The translations under genes and the position numbers were made by a program. Shown one piece after another: positions 27,424-37,806 of a stretch of 64,000 nt of DNA. Source of the stretch: an uncultured Methanosarcinales archaeon (GTDB taxonomy: Archaea; Nanobdellota; Nanobdellia; Woesearchaeales; JASKKU01); contig CAYQFL010000001.1 of assembly GCA_964416905.1 (NCBI GenBank), positions 94,647 through 158,646 on the forward strand, in the 5' to 3' direction. Below the pieces are notes generated by a model, which was given only the letters and a program-made list of their open reading frames with translations, was not told where the DNA came from and ran no database searches. Every line of letters starts with the position of its first letter. Within the stretch, counting starts at the first letter, position 1.

Positions 27424-30400
27424 TTAACTCAACTCTCCTTGGAAGATTATGTTTGAGGTTTTAGTTCCCGAAGGTTCATCTGGCGGAACAGTAACTAAAA
27501 TATCCAAATAAGCTTCATCAGAGCTATCATGATAATCCAAATCTGCAATGACCTTCTTAAGATAGCTAGCCAGATTAATCCAATCAATTGCTGAACCTGA
27601 AATGTTTATTGAATTAGCTTCTAAATTTCTAGTTTTAATTCTAAATGCATCGGTGTCTAAAGCTGCTCGTTGGAATAATTGTGTCGCATTGGCTTTTATA
27701 TCCACCTTAACATTTCCATTATTTCTTATAGAAAATGGCTGCGGACTACCTGATGTCGTATTATAACTTTTGCCGACCTCCAAATTACCAAAAGATATCA
27801 AATCATTAATCAAACTAATGTTTATCAATGCCTCAATGCTAAATGTTCCTAAATCAGAAGAAGCACTATAATTCTCTCCATCATAAGCGCTGACATTCCA
27901 GTTATAAACTGCTATGTCAAGTTCTTGTAAAGGTGTATAACTCAATGTTGTCAATCCTGTTTCATGAATATTTGTTCCGGGACAATATTCAGAATTAACT
28001 GTGTTACATTGGTCGAAAGTAACATCCAAGTTATAAGTTATGCTATCACCATCATCATCTTCAACAGGAGACCATTGGAATTGCGGCTGCCTGTTTGTCA
28101 AGATATCATTCATACCTGGATAAATTAAGCCTGGTTTTGTTGGCGGTGTATTCTGAACCTCAATTTGAGCTGAGGATTTTGTAAGCGAATCTCCGTAACC
28201 ATCATTAACAGTGACATCACAGCTGTAATTGTGATGCTTTGAAGTCATTGTGTAATCTAAAACAAACGGTTGATGATGATTTAATCCAGCTTCGTAATTT
28301 TCTTTAACTTGCTCAGATGTTAAAGCGATGTTGTAGATTTGAAAATCATCAATTCTTCCAACAAAGAACTGAGATAAAGAATCATGTGTACCAATATATG
28401 CAACATTTGTTGCACCATCATCAACAGCACCTGATTGAGCAACCGAATTAGAATTGCTGTTCACGAAAAGGTTTATGCTAGTACCATTATAAACTCCAAC
28501 AACATAGCTCCAGGAGTCTAAAGTAACCGGCAAGCTCACCGATTTCCAACTACCGCCATCATTAGTAGTATCCACATAAAAATACACTCTTCCAGAATTT
28601 ATATACATACCGTAAGTTCCTGAAGCTCTCTGAAATATTCTCCTGCTATTTGCATCTGAAACCGTTGGATAAATCCAAGCAGCTACAGAAAAGGTATCTA
28701 TGTCAAAATCTCCGCCAGCAGTTGTTGGAATAGATATATAATCATTCCCATCAAACTCATAACAACCACCAACCATACAATTATTCCCATTCTTGTATGT
28801 TGGCGCATTATTTGAATTTCCGCCGCCCAAAGTTCCATTATTGCTATAAGAAGAATAATCTCTAACTTTACCAGCAGAAACACTGCTAACATTAGAATCG
28901 AAAGGCATATTTAACACAAGCAAAGAACCTCCATCCTTATACCAATTAACAATATAAGTCAGGTTATCGCCATCAACATCGCTTGCGTTAACAGGAGTAC
29001 AAGTAATGTCATTCTTTGTATAAGCTACTCCGTTATAAAGTTCTTGAACCTCTTTTGAAGTAAGAGTTCTATTGAATATCATTACTTCATCAACACTTCC
29101 ATTAAGATAATATGTTGAAGAAGAACCAAATCTGCCGATTCTTCTATATGAGAAAGAATTAATTAAATTCCCGGTTACAGAAAGATTCCCAACATCAACT
29201 CCGTCAATAAAACTACGTTTGTTTGTTCCATTAAATGTAAAACCTATGAAATGCCAATCACCGTCCGTTAATCCAGAACCATGATTGGAAACAAATCTAC
29301 CATTACTTGTTGTCACTCCAGTCCTTACCTCGCCAGTTGTTGGAACGCTTATTTCTAATTCCTGACCACCTAACACTATATGATAACCGCCAGGTGGAGC
29401 TCCTTCAGCCTTAAACCATGCAAATGCAGAAACTTGATTACTATATCCTAAATCTGCAGGCAAATCTATGTAATCATTACCATCAAAATCAAATGCTCCT
29501 GCTGAATAGCCTAACAAAGTGTTAGTGGCACCATAATTTGTACCATCATTGTTGTAAGTTGAGTCATCATTAACATTATCATCCAAAGTCCAATATCCTA
29601 CCAGATCATCAGTTACTTTCGCATGCAAGAAAATCCTTGGAGTATCATGAGTAGGCAAATGGTCCCATCTTGCATTAAAACAAATAAATCCGTTTTGAAC
29701 GGTTCCTGTAGGAACGCAAGAGTTACTTGAATTAACACAATCTGAGGCATCATCGCAGCACGCAGCATAATAGTTTGAATCCATCGAACTATTTACAAGA
29801 TACTCGCCTGAATCATCGCCACAACACTCCAACTCATTGCCGGCAGAATACTCACCAAAAGAGGAAGTTTCTCCACCATTTATCCAAGTTAAAGCAACAC
29901 AATTCCCGTTTGTCGTTGTACAATAACTTTCACCTTCATCCCTATCATGAGAAATGCAACCATAATCACAATACAAATCAGAATTTTGTCTGCAAGTCAT
30001 GGGCTCAATATCATCACAATCCTCTCCGCCAGGACCTGCACAATCGTACTGACAAAGACTTGTATTCACTGATGAACAAACAAAGTTTCCTGGAGACCCT
30101 GCACATTCTGAACAGTTAAAACAATAGTGTGGGTCAATATCTAAACCATATAAAGGCTCAGTAGTACCATCTTCAGCATCACAGTATCCTTGAGAACAAT
30201 TCGCGTTATAATCACATCCAGCACAACCTAATGGCAATCCGTCCTGCCAATAAGCAGGATCCCCATCAGCATCACAAAACCAGCCTGAAGAATCCGCTTC
30301 GGAACAATCAGCAACATCTGTTTCAAACCCCAAATTAACATTATTGTTACAATCATACAATTCTCCATTCCAGCAGAACAAATATTGATATGAAGAACCG

Positions 30401-31452
30401 TGTAAAATAACCTGGCCATCGTAACAACAACTGTTACCTGCTCCGGGATTCTCAAAATCATCATTTGTGCCATCATCACCACAGCATTGGTCTACTCCAG
30501 AAAGCCAGATGTAAGCAGTACATCCCCTAGAAGACTCTTCACAATAAGTACTGCTTTCATCTCTATCATGATTAGTTGCCTCGCACCCTGATGTAGCATT
30601 ACAGGCAACATCTGTCACATAAGTTGAATCATCAACACAACACCAGGTCCAACCATTTGCACAAGAAAGCTGGCAACTGGTGCTGTTAGCATAAGAACCA
30701 TCATTACAAACCGCATCACCATAATAACAAGTTTGATTATCTACGTAACCCCATCCATAAACGCTTGCATTAGAACCGTTCTGTGCACTATTAACATTAC
30801 AGATAATATCACCATAATAACAATTTCTAACACTGCCAGAACCTAACAAAACACCATTACCTATCAAAGTTATATTTGTAACAAAAGAACCATCTAAACA
30901 CCTTTCACATTGCACATAAGTACTAGTACTTAAACTTGAGTTATAATAATAAGAATCGTCATCAAGCGCATCATCGCCACAACATTGTGTTCCAGAAACA
31001 ACTCCATCCATCCAAGTATACTCACAACCAGTTGCTGTACAATAACTTTCCTGCAAATCAGGATCTTTCCAGGTTCCCTGATCACAATAAAGGACATCTC
31101 CTAAAAACAAACCGCAAACGCCGTCAGGTGAACAAACATCAAACAACTCAAAAAAACCTATGTTTGCTTCAAGCGATGTCCCGAAAGCTAAAGCACCCGG
31201 CTGAAAAACCGTTAAAAGAAATCTCGCTTTAGTTGTTGCTGAATCCAAGTTAGAGCCTTGCAAACCCAAGGTTGTACTTTTAACATTAACATTCGTGCCT
31301 TGAGCTACAAACGCAAAAACAACATTGTTATTGATTAAAAAAACAAAAAACACAAGCAAAATAAGAAATAGAACGAAAAACAAATAAAGATGGGATTTTC
31401 TCTTACGGATTCTAAAATCTCCAAACAAAAAATTTTGGACGCCAAATCTCAT
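27424..31452 (-). CDS. Giant (1342 aa) secreted/surface-anchored Cys-rich protein with repeated 'CCGDD' modules and LamG/concanavalin-like domains
   Basis: N-terminal signal anchor (…HLYLFFVLFLILLVFFVFLI…). A ~500-aa Cys-rich region has recurring 'QCCGDD' motifs. Two Laminin_G_3-like segments follow ('DGDWHFIGFTFNGTNKRSFIDGV', 'DSWSYVVGVYNGTSINLFVN'), then Ig/PKD-like beta-rich repeats. Confidence 0.75.
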   Translation of the reverse strand: MRFGVQNFLFGDFRIRKRKSHLYLFFVLFLILLVFFVFLINNNVVFAFVAQGTNVNVKSTTLGLQGSNLDSATTKARFLLTVFQPGALAFGTSLEANIGFFELFDVCSPDGVCGLFLGDVLYCDQGTWKDPDLQESYCTATGCEYTWMDGVVSGTQCCGDDALDDDSYYYNSSLSTSTYVQCERCLDGSFVTNITLIGNGVLLGSGSVRNCYYGDIICNVNSAQNGSNASVYGWGYVDNQTCYYGDAVCNDGSYANSTSCQLSCANGWTWCCVDDSTYVTDVACNATSGCEATNHDRDESSTYCEESSRGCTAYIWLSGVDQCCGDDGTNDDFENPGAGNSCCYDGQVILHGSSYQYLFCWNGELYDCNNNVNLGFETDVADCSEADSSGWFCDADGDPAYWQDGLPLGCAGCDYNANCSQGYCDAEDGTTEPLYGLDIDPHYCFNCSECAGSPGNFVCSSVNTSLCQYDCAGPGGEDCDDIEPMTCRQNSDLYCDYGCISHDRDEGESYCTTTNGNCVALTWINGGETSSFGEYSAGNELECCGDDSGEYLVNSSMDSNYYAACCDDASDCVNSSNSCVPTGTVQNGFICFNARWDHLPTHDTPRIFLHAKVTDDLVGYWTLDDNVNDDSTYNNDGTNYGATNTLLGYSAGAFDFDGNDYIDLPADLGYSNQVSAFAWFKAEGAPPGGYHIVLGGQELEISVPTTGEVRTGVTTSNGRFVSNHGSGLTDGDWHFIGFTFNGTNKRSFIDGVDVGNLSVTGNLINSFSYRRIGRFGSSSTYYLNGSVDEVMIFNRTLTSKEVQELYNGVAYTKNDITCTPVNASDVDGDNLTYIVNWYKDGGSLLVLNMPFDSNVSSVSAGKVRDYSSYSNNGTLGGGNSNNAPTYKNGNNCMVGGCYEFDGNDYISIPTTAGGDFDIDTFSVAAWIYPTVSDANSRRIFQRASGTYGMYINSGRVYFYVDTTNDGGSWKSVSLPVTLDSWSYVVGVYNGTSINLFVNSNSNSVAQSGAVDDGATNVAYIGTHDSLSQFFVGRIDDFQIYNIALTSEQVKENYEAGLNHHQPFVLDYTMTSKHHNYSCDVTVNDGYGDSLTKSSAQIEVQNTPPTKPGLIYPGMNDILTNRQPQFQWSPVEDDDGDSITYNLDVTFDQCNTVNSEYCPGTNIHETGLTTLSYTPLQELDIAVYNWNVSAYDGENYSASSDLGTFSIEALINISLINDLISFGNLEVGKSYNTTSGSPQPFSIRNNGNVKVDIKANATQLFQRAALDTDAFRIKTRNLEANSINISGSAIDWINLASYLKKVIADLDYHDSSDEAYLDILVTVPPDEPSGTKTSNIIFQGELS

Positions 31453-31477
31453 TTCTCATTCTTAAAAGTTTTTATAT

Positions 31478-31930
31478 CTACTGTTGATTTGTTACACAAG
31501 CTACATCGATTATATTGACTGTATAGTTCTCATAATATAAAGGTACAATGCTACAGTTTTGAGTTCTATTCATAATTGATACAATTGCATAAGTAAACCC
31601 GTTGTTCAACCCTAACTGATAATAAGGCAACACACAATTTGCGTCAATTATATTCAAGGTCTCGTTTCCCGAACTTATATTATAAACACTACAATTCAAA
31701 ATTCCCTGTTTAACTTCATCAAAATAATCCGAAACTTGTTGACCTTCCATAGATGTTTTATTACTTCCTAAAAATATGTAAATTAAAAGTCCCACGATGA
31801 TGACCACTAGAACCAGCTCAAACATCTGTCTTGCTAGAAGATTATTTGGCTGAGCAGAACGCTTAGATTTTGAAACCTTGGCTTTTGTTTTACTTTTTCC
31901 TTTTTTTTGTACCATTAAACCCCACCTCAA
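31478..31930 (-). CDS. Small membrane-anchored Cys-containing protein, possibly pilin-like
   Basis: Basic N-terminus (KKGKSKTKAKVSKSKRS), then 'RQMFELVLVVIIVGLLIYIFLG', which resembles a class III signal/anchor. It lies directly upstream of the giant surface protein and is co-oriented with it. Confidence 0.4.
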   Translation of the reverse strand: MRWGLMVQKKGKSKTKAKVSKSKRSAQPNNLLARQMFELVLVVIIVGLLIYIFLGSNKTSMEGQQVSDYFDEVKQGILNCSVYNISSGNETLNIIDANCVLPYYQLGLNNGFTYAIVSIMNRTQNCSIVPLYYENYTVNIIDVACVTNQQ

Positions 31931-32000
31931 AAAACATTACTATTTTAAAGCCTTTATAAAATTTTCCCCGCTAAAGATATAGTGCTTTTTGCAGGATTCA

Positions 32001-33341
32001 TTACAAAACTTCCGCTCTTAAATCAAAGCAGGTTGTTTTAACGACCTTAACCTTAATTCGTTTACCTAAGAAAGAATTAGCAGTTTCATTAAATGTAACA
32101 TCTTTTAACTCATCAGATTTAAGTTTATCAAAATCTTTAATCACAATCTGCTTATAGTAATCGTTCCTTGCAATGAGAGAGTTGTTTTTACCAACCTCAT
32201 CAATCAGAGCATAACCTTGCCAGCCAAGCCATTTCTTTTGATTTCTGAAGCTGTATTCTCTAAATAGAGTTCTAATTTTTTTCGCTCTTTGTATCGGTAC
32301 TTGATTATACAAAGGCTTAAGCTCAGCAGCTTTAGTTCCAGGTCTTGGCCAAAATCTTGAGATATTCAAAATCTCTGGTTGAAACGTTTCAACAAACTTA
32401 AAGGTTTCATCGAAATCTTCTTCACACTCCGTTGGAAAACCGCAGATAACATCTGTGCTTATAGTTAATTTTTCATCAAAAGCTCTAATCTTTGAGAACA
32501 AATCATAAATTGTCTTTGAATCATAAAGTCTGTTCATATCTCTAAGAACCTTATCGCTAGCTGACTGAATAGGTATGTGCAAAAACCTGAAAATTCTATC
32601 GTCATTAGCCATAAGTTCTAGAATGTCATCAATAATCTTCTCAGCATGATTTGGATTCATCATCCCAAGTCTTATTTTGAAATCTTTTGGAATAGCCAAT
32701 ATATCTTTCAAAAGATGAGGCAAAAGATATTTTTCACCTTTGAGGTCATAACCATAAGCGCCAGAATCTTGAGAAGTAATCCAAATTTCTTTAACGCCTT
32801 TAGACAAAAAATTCTCAATCTGTGAAAGGATTCTATCTGGCGGATAGGAAAGCAAATTTCCTCTCGAGAACTTGGTTTTACAGTAAGTACAGTTACCTAA
32901 ACAACCTTCGTTTATTGGAACTATGCCTATAACACTATCTGGTAGAAGTTCAAAATCGTGATAGCTTTTATTTATGGAATCATTGATTACAAGAACTTTG
33001 CCTTTCGCTAAAGCATCAAGAATTTCAATTACTTTATCAACATCCCTCACGCCTAAAACAGGAATTCCTTGTTCAACAAGTTTTTCTACAGCAAGTTTAT
33101 CAGCTTGTGGAACGCAACCTGCTGCAACGACTTTTTTACCGAGTTTCTTTGATTCCCTTATTGTCTTCCAAAACTTAGTTTCAGCATTCTGCTTTACCGT
33201 GCAAGAATTGATAATAACTACGTCACTATCCTCGATATTGTTTACTAAAGTATAGTTCTTAGAATTATGAATTAAGGTTTCCATAAGATGCGAATCCGCT
33301 AGGTTTGCACTGCATCCAAAAGTCTTAACAAAAACCTTCAT
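32001..33341 (-). CDS. MiaB/MtaB-family radical SAM tRNA methylthiotransferase
   Basis: N-terminal MTTase domain ('TFGCSANLADSHLM'), radical SAM 'CLGNCTYCKT', and a C-terminal TRAM domain. Confidence 0.75.
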   Translation of the reverse strand: MKVFVKTFGCSANLADSHLMETLIHNSKNYTLVNNIEDSDVVIINSCTVKQNAETKFWKTIRESKKLGKKVVAAGCVPQADKLAVEKLVEQGIPVLGVRDVDKVIEILDALAKGKVLVINDSINKSYHDFELLPDSVIGIVPINEGCLGNCTYCKTKFSRGNLLSYPPDRILSQIENFLSKGVKEIWITSQDSGAYGYDLKGEKYLLPHLLKDILAIPKDFKIRLGMMNPNHAEKIIDDILELMANDDRIFRFLHIPIQSASDKVLRDMNRLYDSKTIYDLFSKIRAFDEKLTISTDVICGFPTECEEDFDETFKFVETFQPEILNISRFWPRPGTKAAELKPLYNQVPIQRAKKIRTLFREYSFRNQKKWLGWQGYALIDEVGKNNSLIARNDYYKQIVIKDFDKLKSDELKDVTFNETANSFLGKRIKVKVVKTTCFDLRAEVL

Positions 33342-33438
33342 AAAAACAAAGAAAAGAAGTTAGTTTTTAATCTTTTTTATATATGTAAAAACGTCTAAAA
33401 AGATATGATGATAAAAATAAGATATCTCTAAAAATCAA

Positions 33439-34404
33439 CTAATTAAGTTCAAGAAATCTTTTTGGTAAATCCTCTTCTTTCATCAAAAGAACAACCCTGG
33501 ATTCCTTCTTTTCATCAACAACCTTCCAATCACAGAATTGAGCAATTTTTTCACTAAACTCTTTGACTTCTTCATGTAAGGGCATATTCTCTTTTTTTAA
33601 CCTTTTAACAGAATCACCCACATGCATGTATGCTTTAACCTCAACAAATAGAGGATTCGCTTTCTTAATCAATTCAGCATACTGTTCAGGAAAAACATCG
33701 TTAATACCTTTTATGAGAGTTATCCTTAAACAGGTTCTAACACCTTCATCCCTCTTCTCAGCAATTACTGACAAGGTTTCATTAAAGATAGACCATGCAT
33801 CTTTAACTTTTGGTCTATCAATTTTCAAATAAAGCTCCTCATTTGGCGCGTCAACTGAAACATAGAGCTGTGTTGGTTTTATTTTCTTTAAGACCTCGGG
33901 CCTTAATCCGTTTGTAACAACAAAAGTTGTGATTCCTCTTTTATGCAAATTCTCAATGAATTCATTGAGATATGGATACAAAGTCGGTTCTCCTGTCAAA
34001 GAAATCGCGAAATGTTTAGGATCTTGTGCTTCCTTAAGTTTTTCTCGATTAACCTTTTTATTACCCCCAAATCCTGAAAGCAATTCTCTTTGTTTTAAAA
34101 TAGATTCATCAATTATCTTTTCTGGGTCATCAGCAATATCTTTTGCTATTTCTTGAAATCCTTCAGTATCGGTAAAACTCCTCCAGCAAAAAATGCAGGA
34201 GTTTTGACAGAAATTAACTGATGGACTCATCTGACAGCATCTATGACTTTGAATTCCATAAAACGTCTGCTTATAACAAACATCTTCATCCAAAAGAGAT
34301 TTTTTTGTCCAGGTACATATCTTAACAGCGGTATTTCTACCTGAAAAGCGGTATTGTTGCTTTTCCAATCGTTTCCTGACATTCTCCATATCAAAGTTTT
34401 GCAT
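33439..34404 (-). CDS. taw1: tRNA 4-demethylwyosine synthase Taw1 (TYW1 radical SAM)
   Basis: The 'CQNSCIFCWR' radical SAM cluster motif, an upstream Cys cluster ('HRCCQMSPSVNFC'), and ~320 aa as in archaeal Taw1. Confidence 0.7.
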   Translation of the reverse strand: MQNFDMENVRKRLEKQQYRFSGRNTAVKICTWTKKSLLDEDVCYKQTFYGIQSHRCCQMSPSVNFCQNSCIFCWRSFTDTEGFQEIAKDIADDPEKIIDESILKQRELLSGFGGNKKVNREKLKEAQDPKHFAISLTGEPTLYPYLNEFIENLHKRGITTFVVTNGLRPEVLKKIKPTQLYVSVDAPNEELYLKIDRPKVKDAWSIFNETLSVIAEKRDEGVRTCLRITLIKGINDVFPEQYAELIKKANPLFVEVKAYMHVGDSVKRLKKENMPLHEEVKEFSEKIAQFCDWKVVDEKKESRVVLLMKEEDLPKRFLELN

Positions 34405-34517
34405 AAATCATAAAGGTAGAAGAATCTTATTTAAATGTATTTCCAAAAGTGTGTTAAAAAGTATTATGACACGCATTTCAACTAGTTCTTTTCAAAAAAT
34501 CAAAAATAAAAGTGAAA

Positions 34518-34530
34518 ATTTTATAAATGA
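34518..34530 (+). promoter_or_regulatory. TATA-like box (ttttataaat) upstream of the first Cys-rich paralog
   Basis: A TTTATAAA-type element ~45-55 bp upstream of the ATG at 34573. Confidence 0.3.
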
Positions 34531-34572
34531 AATTCCTCAAATTAAGACTATTCAAAAACTGAGGCTTGTAGA

Positions 34573-37500
34573 ATGAGATTTTCAATTTCCAATCGAACTA
34601 ATAAATTTTTGTTGTTAGCAAGTTCTGTTACACTGCTATTTCTTTTAATAAGCATAATTGGAGATTTAACAATTGTGTCTGCAGCCGATGATAATGAGTG
34701 TGGTTGCCCTGACCCTAAAGAACGTAGTCGATGTAACGAAGATTTTACTATGGTAATTACAGAACATTATTTTTGTGAAGATGGCGAGTGTAAAATGCAG
34801 GAGTTTAGTTCAGTTTGTGCTGATTCAAGTTATTGTGATGATAATGAACTTGTATATGTTGAAAGTGTTTGTGTTGCGCCAGAGTATGGAGTAGCATACT
34901 GTGACCTCAAAGAAACACGAACATCTTGTGGTTCAAATGCAAGATGCATAGTTGATAAATGTATCAAAGAACAAGACTATGAAGATTATGATTGTAAGGG
35001 TGACAATATAATTAAACGTATAGGTGTATGCTATGATGCTAATGAAGATGGTGACTGTAGAGATCCTGGTGAAGTAGATATTGAAAGAGAAGTGTTTGTG
35101 AAGGATTGTAACGACTATAATGGTTGGTACTGTTCTGGGGAAACTGGTCAAGAGTATCGAGATTATACTTGCAAAGCTGGATCCTGTACTTCTTATGAAG
35201 TTACTGACACAAGAAGTTGCCCTTCATCAGCACCTTTCTGTTGCAATAGCGATAACGCTTGTCACCAATGTTGCAAAACAGATGATTGTCATGAGATCTT
35301 TGGACTAAATTACTTCTGCAATTCAATCACAAACCAATGTCAATGCTCTCCTGAAGATAAAGAAGAATTGGGTGCGGAATGTGGCCCTAATGGTTGCGAT
35401 CCGCAAGGGTTTGGACTCTGTGATTCCGGTAAAGAATGTGTTGGAAACTTCTGTGTTGATAAAAAAGACTTTAGAACAATTGTAGGTTATCTAAAAGTCA
35501 TAGGACATAATGATAAGGAAATTCTTGTGGAATTAATCCCTTATGATTCTTATCAAGAATCTACTGCAGGCCAGTACTGCTCAAAATTAAACGAATGGTT
35601 CTTTGGAAACCAAAAATGTAAAGGTAAGGGATACAACGAATGTGGTGGCATTCCAGGCAACGATGATATTGTTAATTTTCAAGTTTCAAATTATGAACTA
35701 AAAGATCAGAGTGTTATAATAAACTGTAATCAGAGAGGCCCAATAGACGGATGGTGTGATGGCTCTTCAAGCACTCCCGATTCTCTAACAATCAAATTGT
35801 GTGACCCAAAAAGCAACGTTCCGTGCGATTCTTCAACATATCATATAAATTTAGAGAAACTAGGACTAGATATAAACTGTGTTTATCTTGACGAGGAAAA
35901 GGAGAGCGACAAAAATTGTGAGTCTGAAAGCAAACTAATTCTAAGAGCAGCTAACAATTATGAAACTTGTGATGATTCTGGAGAAGATGTTTGCATCATG
36001 GGCAGATGCGTGAAATACGTATGCTATCATAATAACAGAATAGATGGCAGCGAAAGCTGTGACCCTGTAGCGCCACAAACATATAACGCTTCTGGAACCA
36101 TAGTCACAGAGGACGACATTACATGCTCATTACTTTGGATGAACCCAAAAGATAACGATCTTTCCTTAAAACCATCGTGCCTAAAAAGTTGCGTGATTAA
36201 CACTCGAAACTGCGAGCAATTATCTAGTTTATGCGGGAACTACAAATTAGATTCAAAGGAGAATTATGACGAACTTTGCGATATAAGAGAAGAACCTTTA
36301 ATAACAAAATACCTAAATGGTAATGAAATTGAAATAACAGCACAATTTAAAGATAAACATAGTTGTGCTGAAAAAGAAGGTTACATTGGTGATGCCAGCC
36401 TGCTTTCATGCAAAGGTTGTTTAGCCATAGATTATGAGAATTGTGAACAAGAAGCCATCAGTGGAGAGGATAAAACTGAAAAAACTTGTAATGATGGTTT
36501 AAACGAAGATTACTGGTATGACCTTTTCATTCCTGAAGGGGCGGATAGATCTGAATATATTATAGATAATTATCTTAATGAATTTGGTTATTTTGATAAG
36601 GAGAAACTTAAGTTTGACACAAGCAAATGTTTTAATGAAACAAATTGCTTTGATTGCTATGATATTGATTGTGATGGCAAAGAGGCTATCGATGGAAAAC
36701 TTTGCAATTTCAAAACTGAAAGAATGTGTAATGATAATTTTGACAACGATGGTGATGGTTTAATAGATAGTGAAGATAACGACTGCAATTCAGAGGGATA
36801 TAACCCCGAATTATCCTTAAAAGGATTTTGTAGTAGTACAAAACAATGTTTTGATGATGATTTCAACGAATGCCTGCCTGAGGGTTATAAACAATCAGTA
36901 AATAATAAAATAGTAATCTGTAGTGCTGGTAGATGGATTTCAGCAATAAAAGCAGAAGCTAACTTACTTTATGAAAACGCCATAAATAAACAAAAGTTCA
37001 CATTATACTGTAATGATTTTGGTGACGCCTTTGAAGATAATCAAGGGTATGTAATTTCATTAGAAAGTAAGCTTCCGAGCGGAGATGTGCAGGTTGGCGA
37101 TTTTATGAAATCTTACGGGAGCTTTTATGGCAAGTTCTGCGCGTTCAAAAGCAATGAAGATTATGCTATTTCAACAAGGATTAAAGGACTAGAAAATGAT
37201 CCTTCAAGATTAGCATTTGCAATGCAGTTGTTCTCAACGAATCCTTCATGTTGCAATGGAATTAATGATGATTCCACAACAAAAATCTCTAAGTGCGATG
37301 AAAACATTTCAATAAACAAGAAGTATGGAATTGTAATAAAAACAAACGAAGATATTGATGGAAAAGAACTTTTAAAGACAGAAGCTATCAATGAAAAGAT
37401 AAAAGCATTAAAAGATTATCTATCAATAATAGGAATTAACAATTTCGCGAGTGATAACCTTTGGAGAGGTTCGTTAACAGAAGCGCTTGCTTGGAAGAAA

Positions 37501-37788
37501 TCTGGTGAAAAAGAATTATTTGGGATCGTTGAAAATATCAACGGCACAATTTATGCAGTGGTCCTACTTACAAATGTAGGTACCAGTTTTGAGGATTCCT
37601 GTAGCATTATAAATTCTGAACAAACAATTAAAATCGGAGAGAATCTTGCAGGAATATGTCAAAATGTAAACGACGATGACTTCATAATTCACTGGGCAAT
37701 TCATAAAGAGGTGCCTAATAAAGAAAACCTTATTAAAATCTCTTTAGACAGGTTTGATACATTAGTAAAATCTATAAAGATAAATTAA
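34573..37788 (+). CDS. Secreted Cys-rich protein, paralog A (1071 aa) of a tandem triplet; carries a DxDxDG calcium-binding-type motif
   Basis: Signal peptide (…LLISIIGDLTIVSA|ADD). A unique ~570-aa Cys-rich N-region is followed by a C-terminal ~500 aa shared with the next two ORFs ('GYIGDASLLSCKGC', 'CNDGLNEDYWYDL', 'KTERMCNDNFDNDGDGLIDSEDNDC', 'FYGKFCAFKSNEDY', C-terminal 'FDTLVKSIKIN'). Confidence 0.8.
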   Translation: MRFSISNRTNKFLLLASSVTLLFLLISIIGDLTIVSAADDNECGCPDPKERSRCNEDFTMVITEHYFCEDGECKMQEFSSVCADSSYCDDNELVYVESVCVAPEYGVAYCDLKETRTSCGSNARCIVDKCIKEQDYEDYDCKGDNIIKRIGVCYDANEDGDCRDPGEVDIEREVFVKDCNDYNGWYCSGETGQEYRDYTCKAGSCTSYEVTDTRSCPSSAPFCCNSDNACHQCCKTDDCHEIFGLNYFCNSITNQCQCSPEDKEELGAECGPNGCDPQGFGLCDSGKECVGNFCVDKKDFRTIVGYLKVIGHNDKEILVELIPYDSYQESTAGQYCSKLNEWFFGNQKCKGKGYNECGGIPGNDDIVNFQVSNYELKDQSVIINCNQRGPIDGWCDGSSSTPDSLTIKLCDPKSNVPCDSSTYHINLEKLGLDINCVYLDEEKESDKNCESESKLILRAANNYETCDDSGEDVCIMGRCVKYVCYHNNRIDGSESCDPVAPQTYNASGTIVTEDDITCSLLWMNPKDNDLSLKPSCLKSCVINTRNCEQLSSLCGNYKLDSKENYDELCDIREEPLITKYLNGNEIEITAQFKDKHSCAEKEGYIGDASLLSCKGCLAIDYENCEQEAISGEDKTEKTCNDGLNEDYWYDLFIPEGADRSEYIIDNYLNEFGYFDKEKLKFDTSKCFNETNCFDCYDIDCDGKEAIDGKLCNFKTERMCNDNFDNDGDGLIDSEDNDCNSEGYNPELSLKGFCSSTKQCFDDDFNECLPEGYKQSVNNKIVICSAGRWISAIKAEANLLYENAINKQKFTLYCNDFGDAFEDNQGYVISLESKLPSGDVQVGDFMKSYGSFYGKFCAFKSNEDYAISTRIKGLENDPSRLAFAMQLFSTNPSCCNGINDDSTTKISKCDENISINKKYGIVIKTNEDIDGKELLKTEAINEKIKALKDYLSIIGINNFASDNLWRGSLTEALAWKKSGEKELFGIVENINGTIYAVVLLTNVGTSFEDSCSIINSEQTIKIGENLAGICQNVNDDDFIIHWAIHKEVPNKENLIKISLDRFDTLVKSIKIN

Positions 37789-37806
37789 AAAAGATGTGGT
37801 GAACCC

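Noticed and set aside
29775-30119. 114-aa H/N/Q-rich ORF antisense within the giant surface-protein gene
   Set aside because: It lies completely inside a long, coherent minus-strand CDS and its composition is an artefact of the Cys/Asp-rich codons on the other strand.
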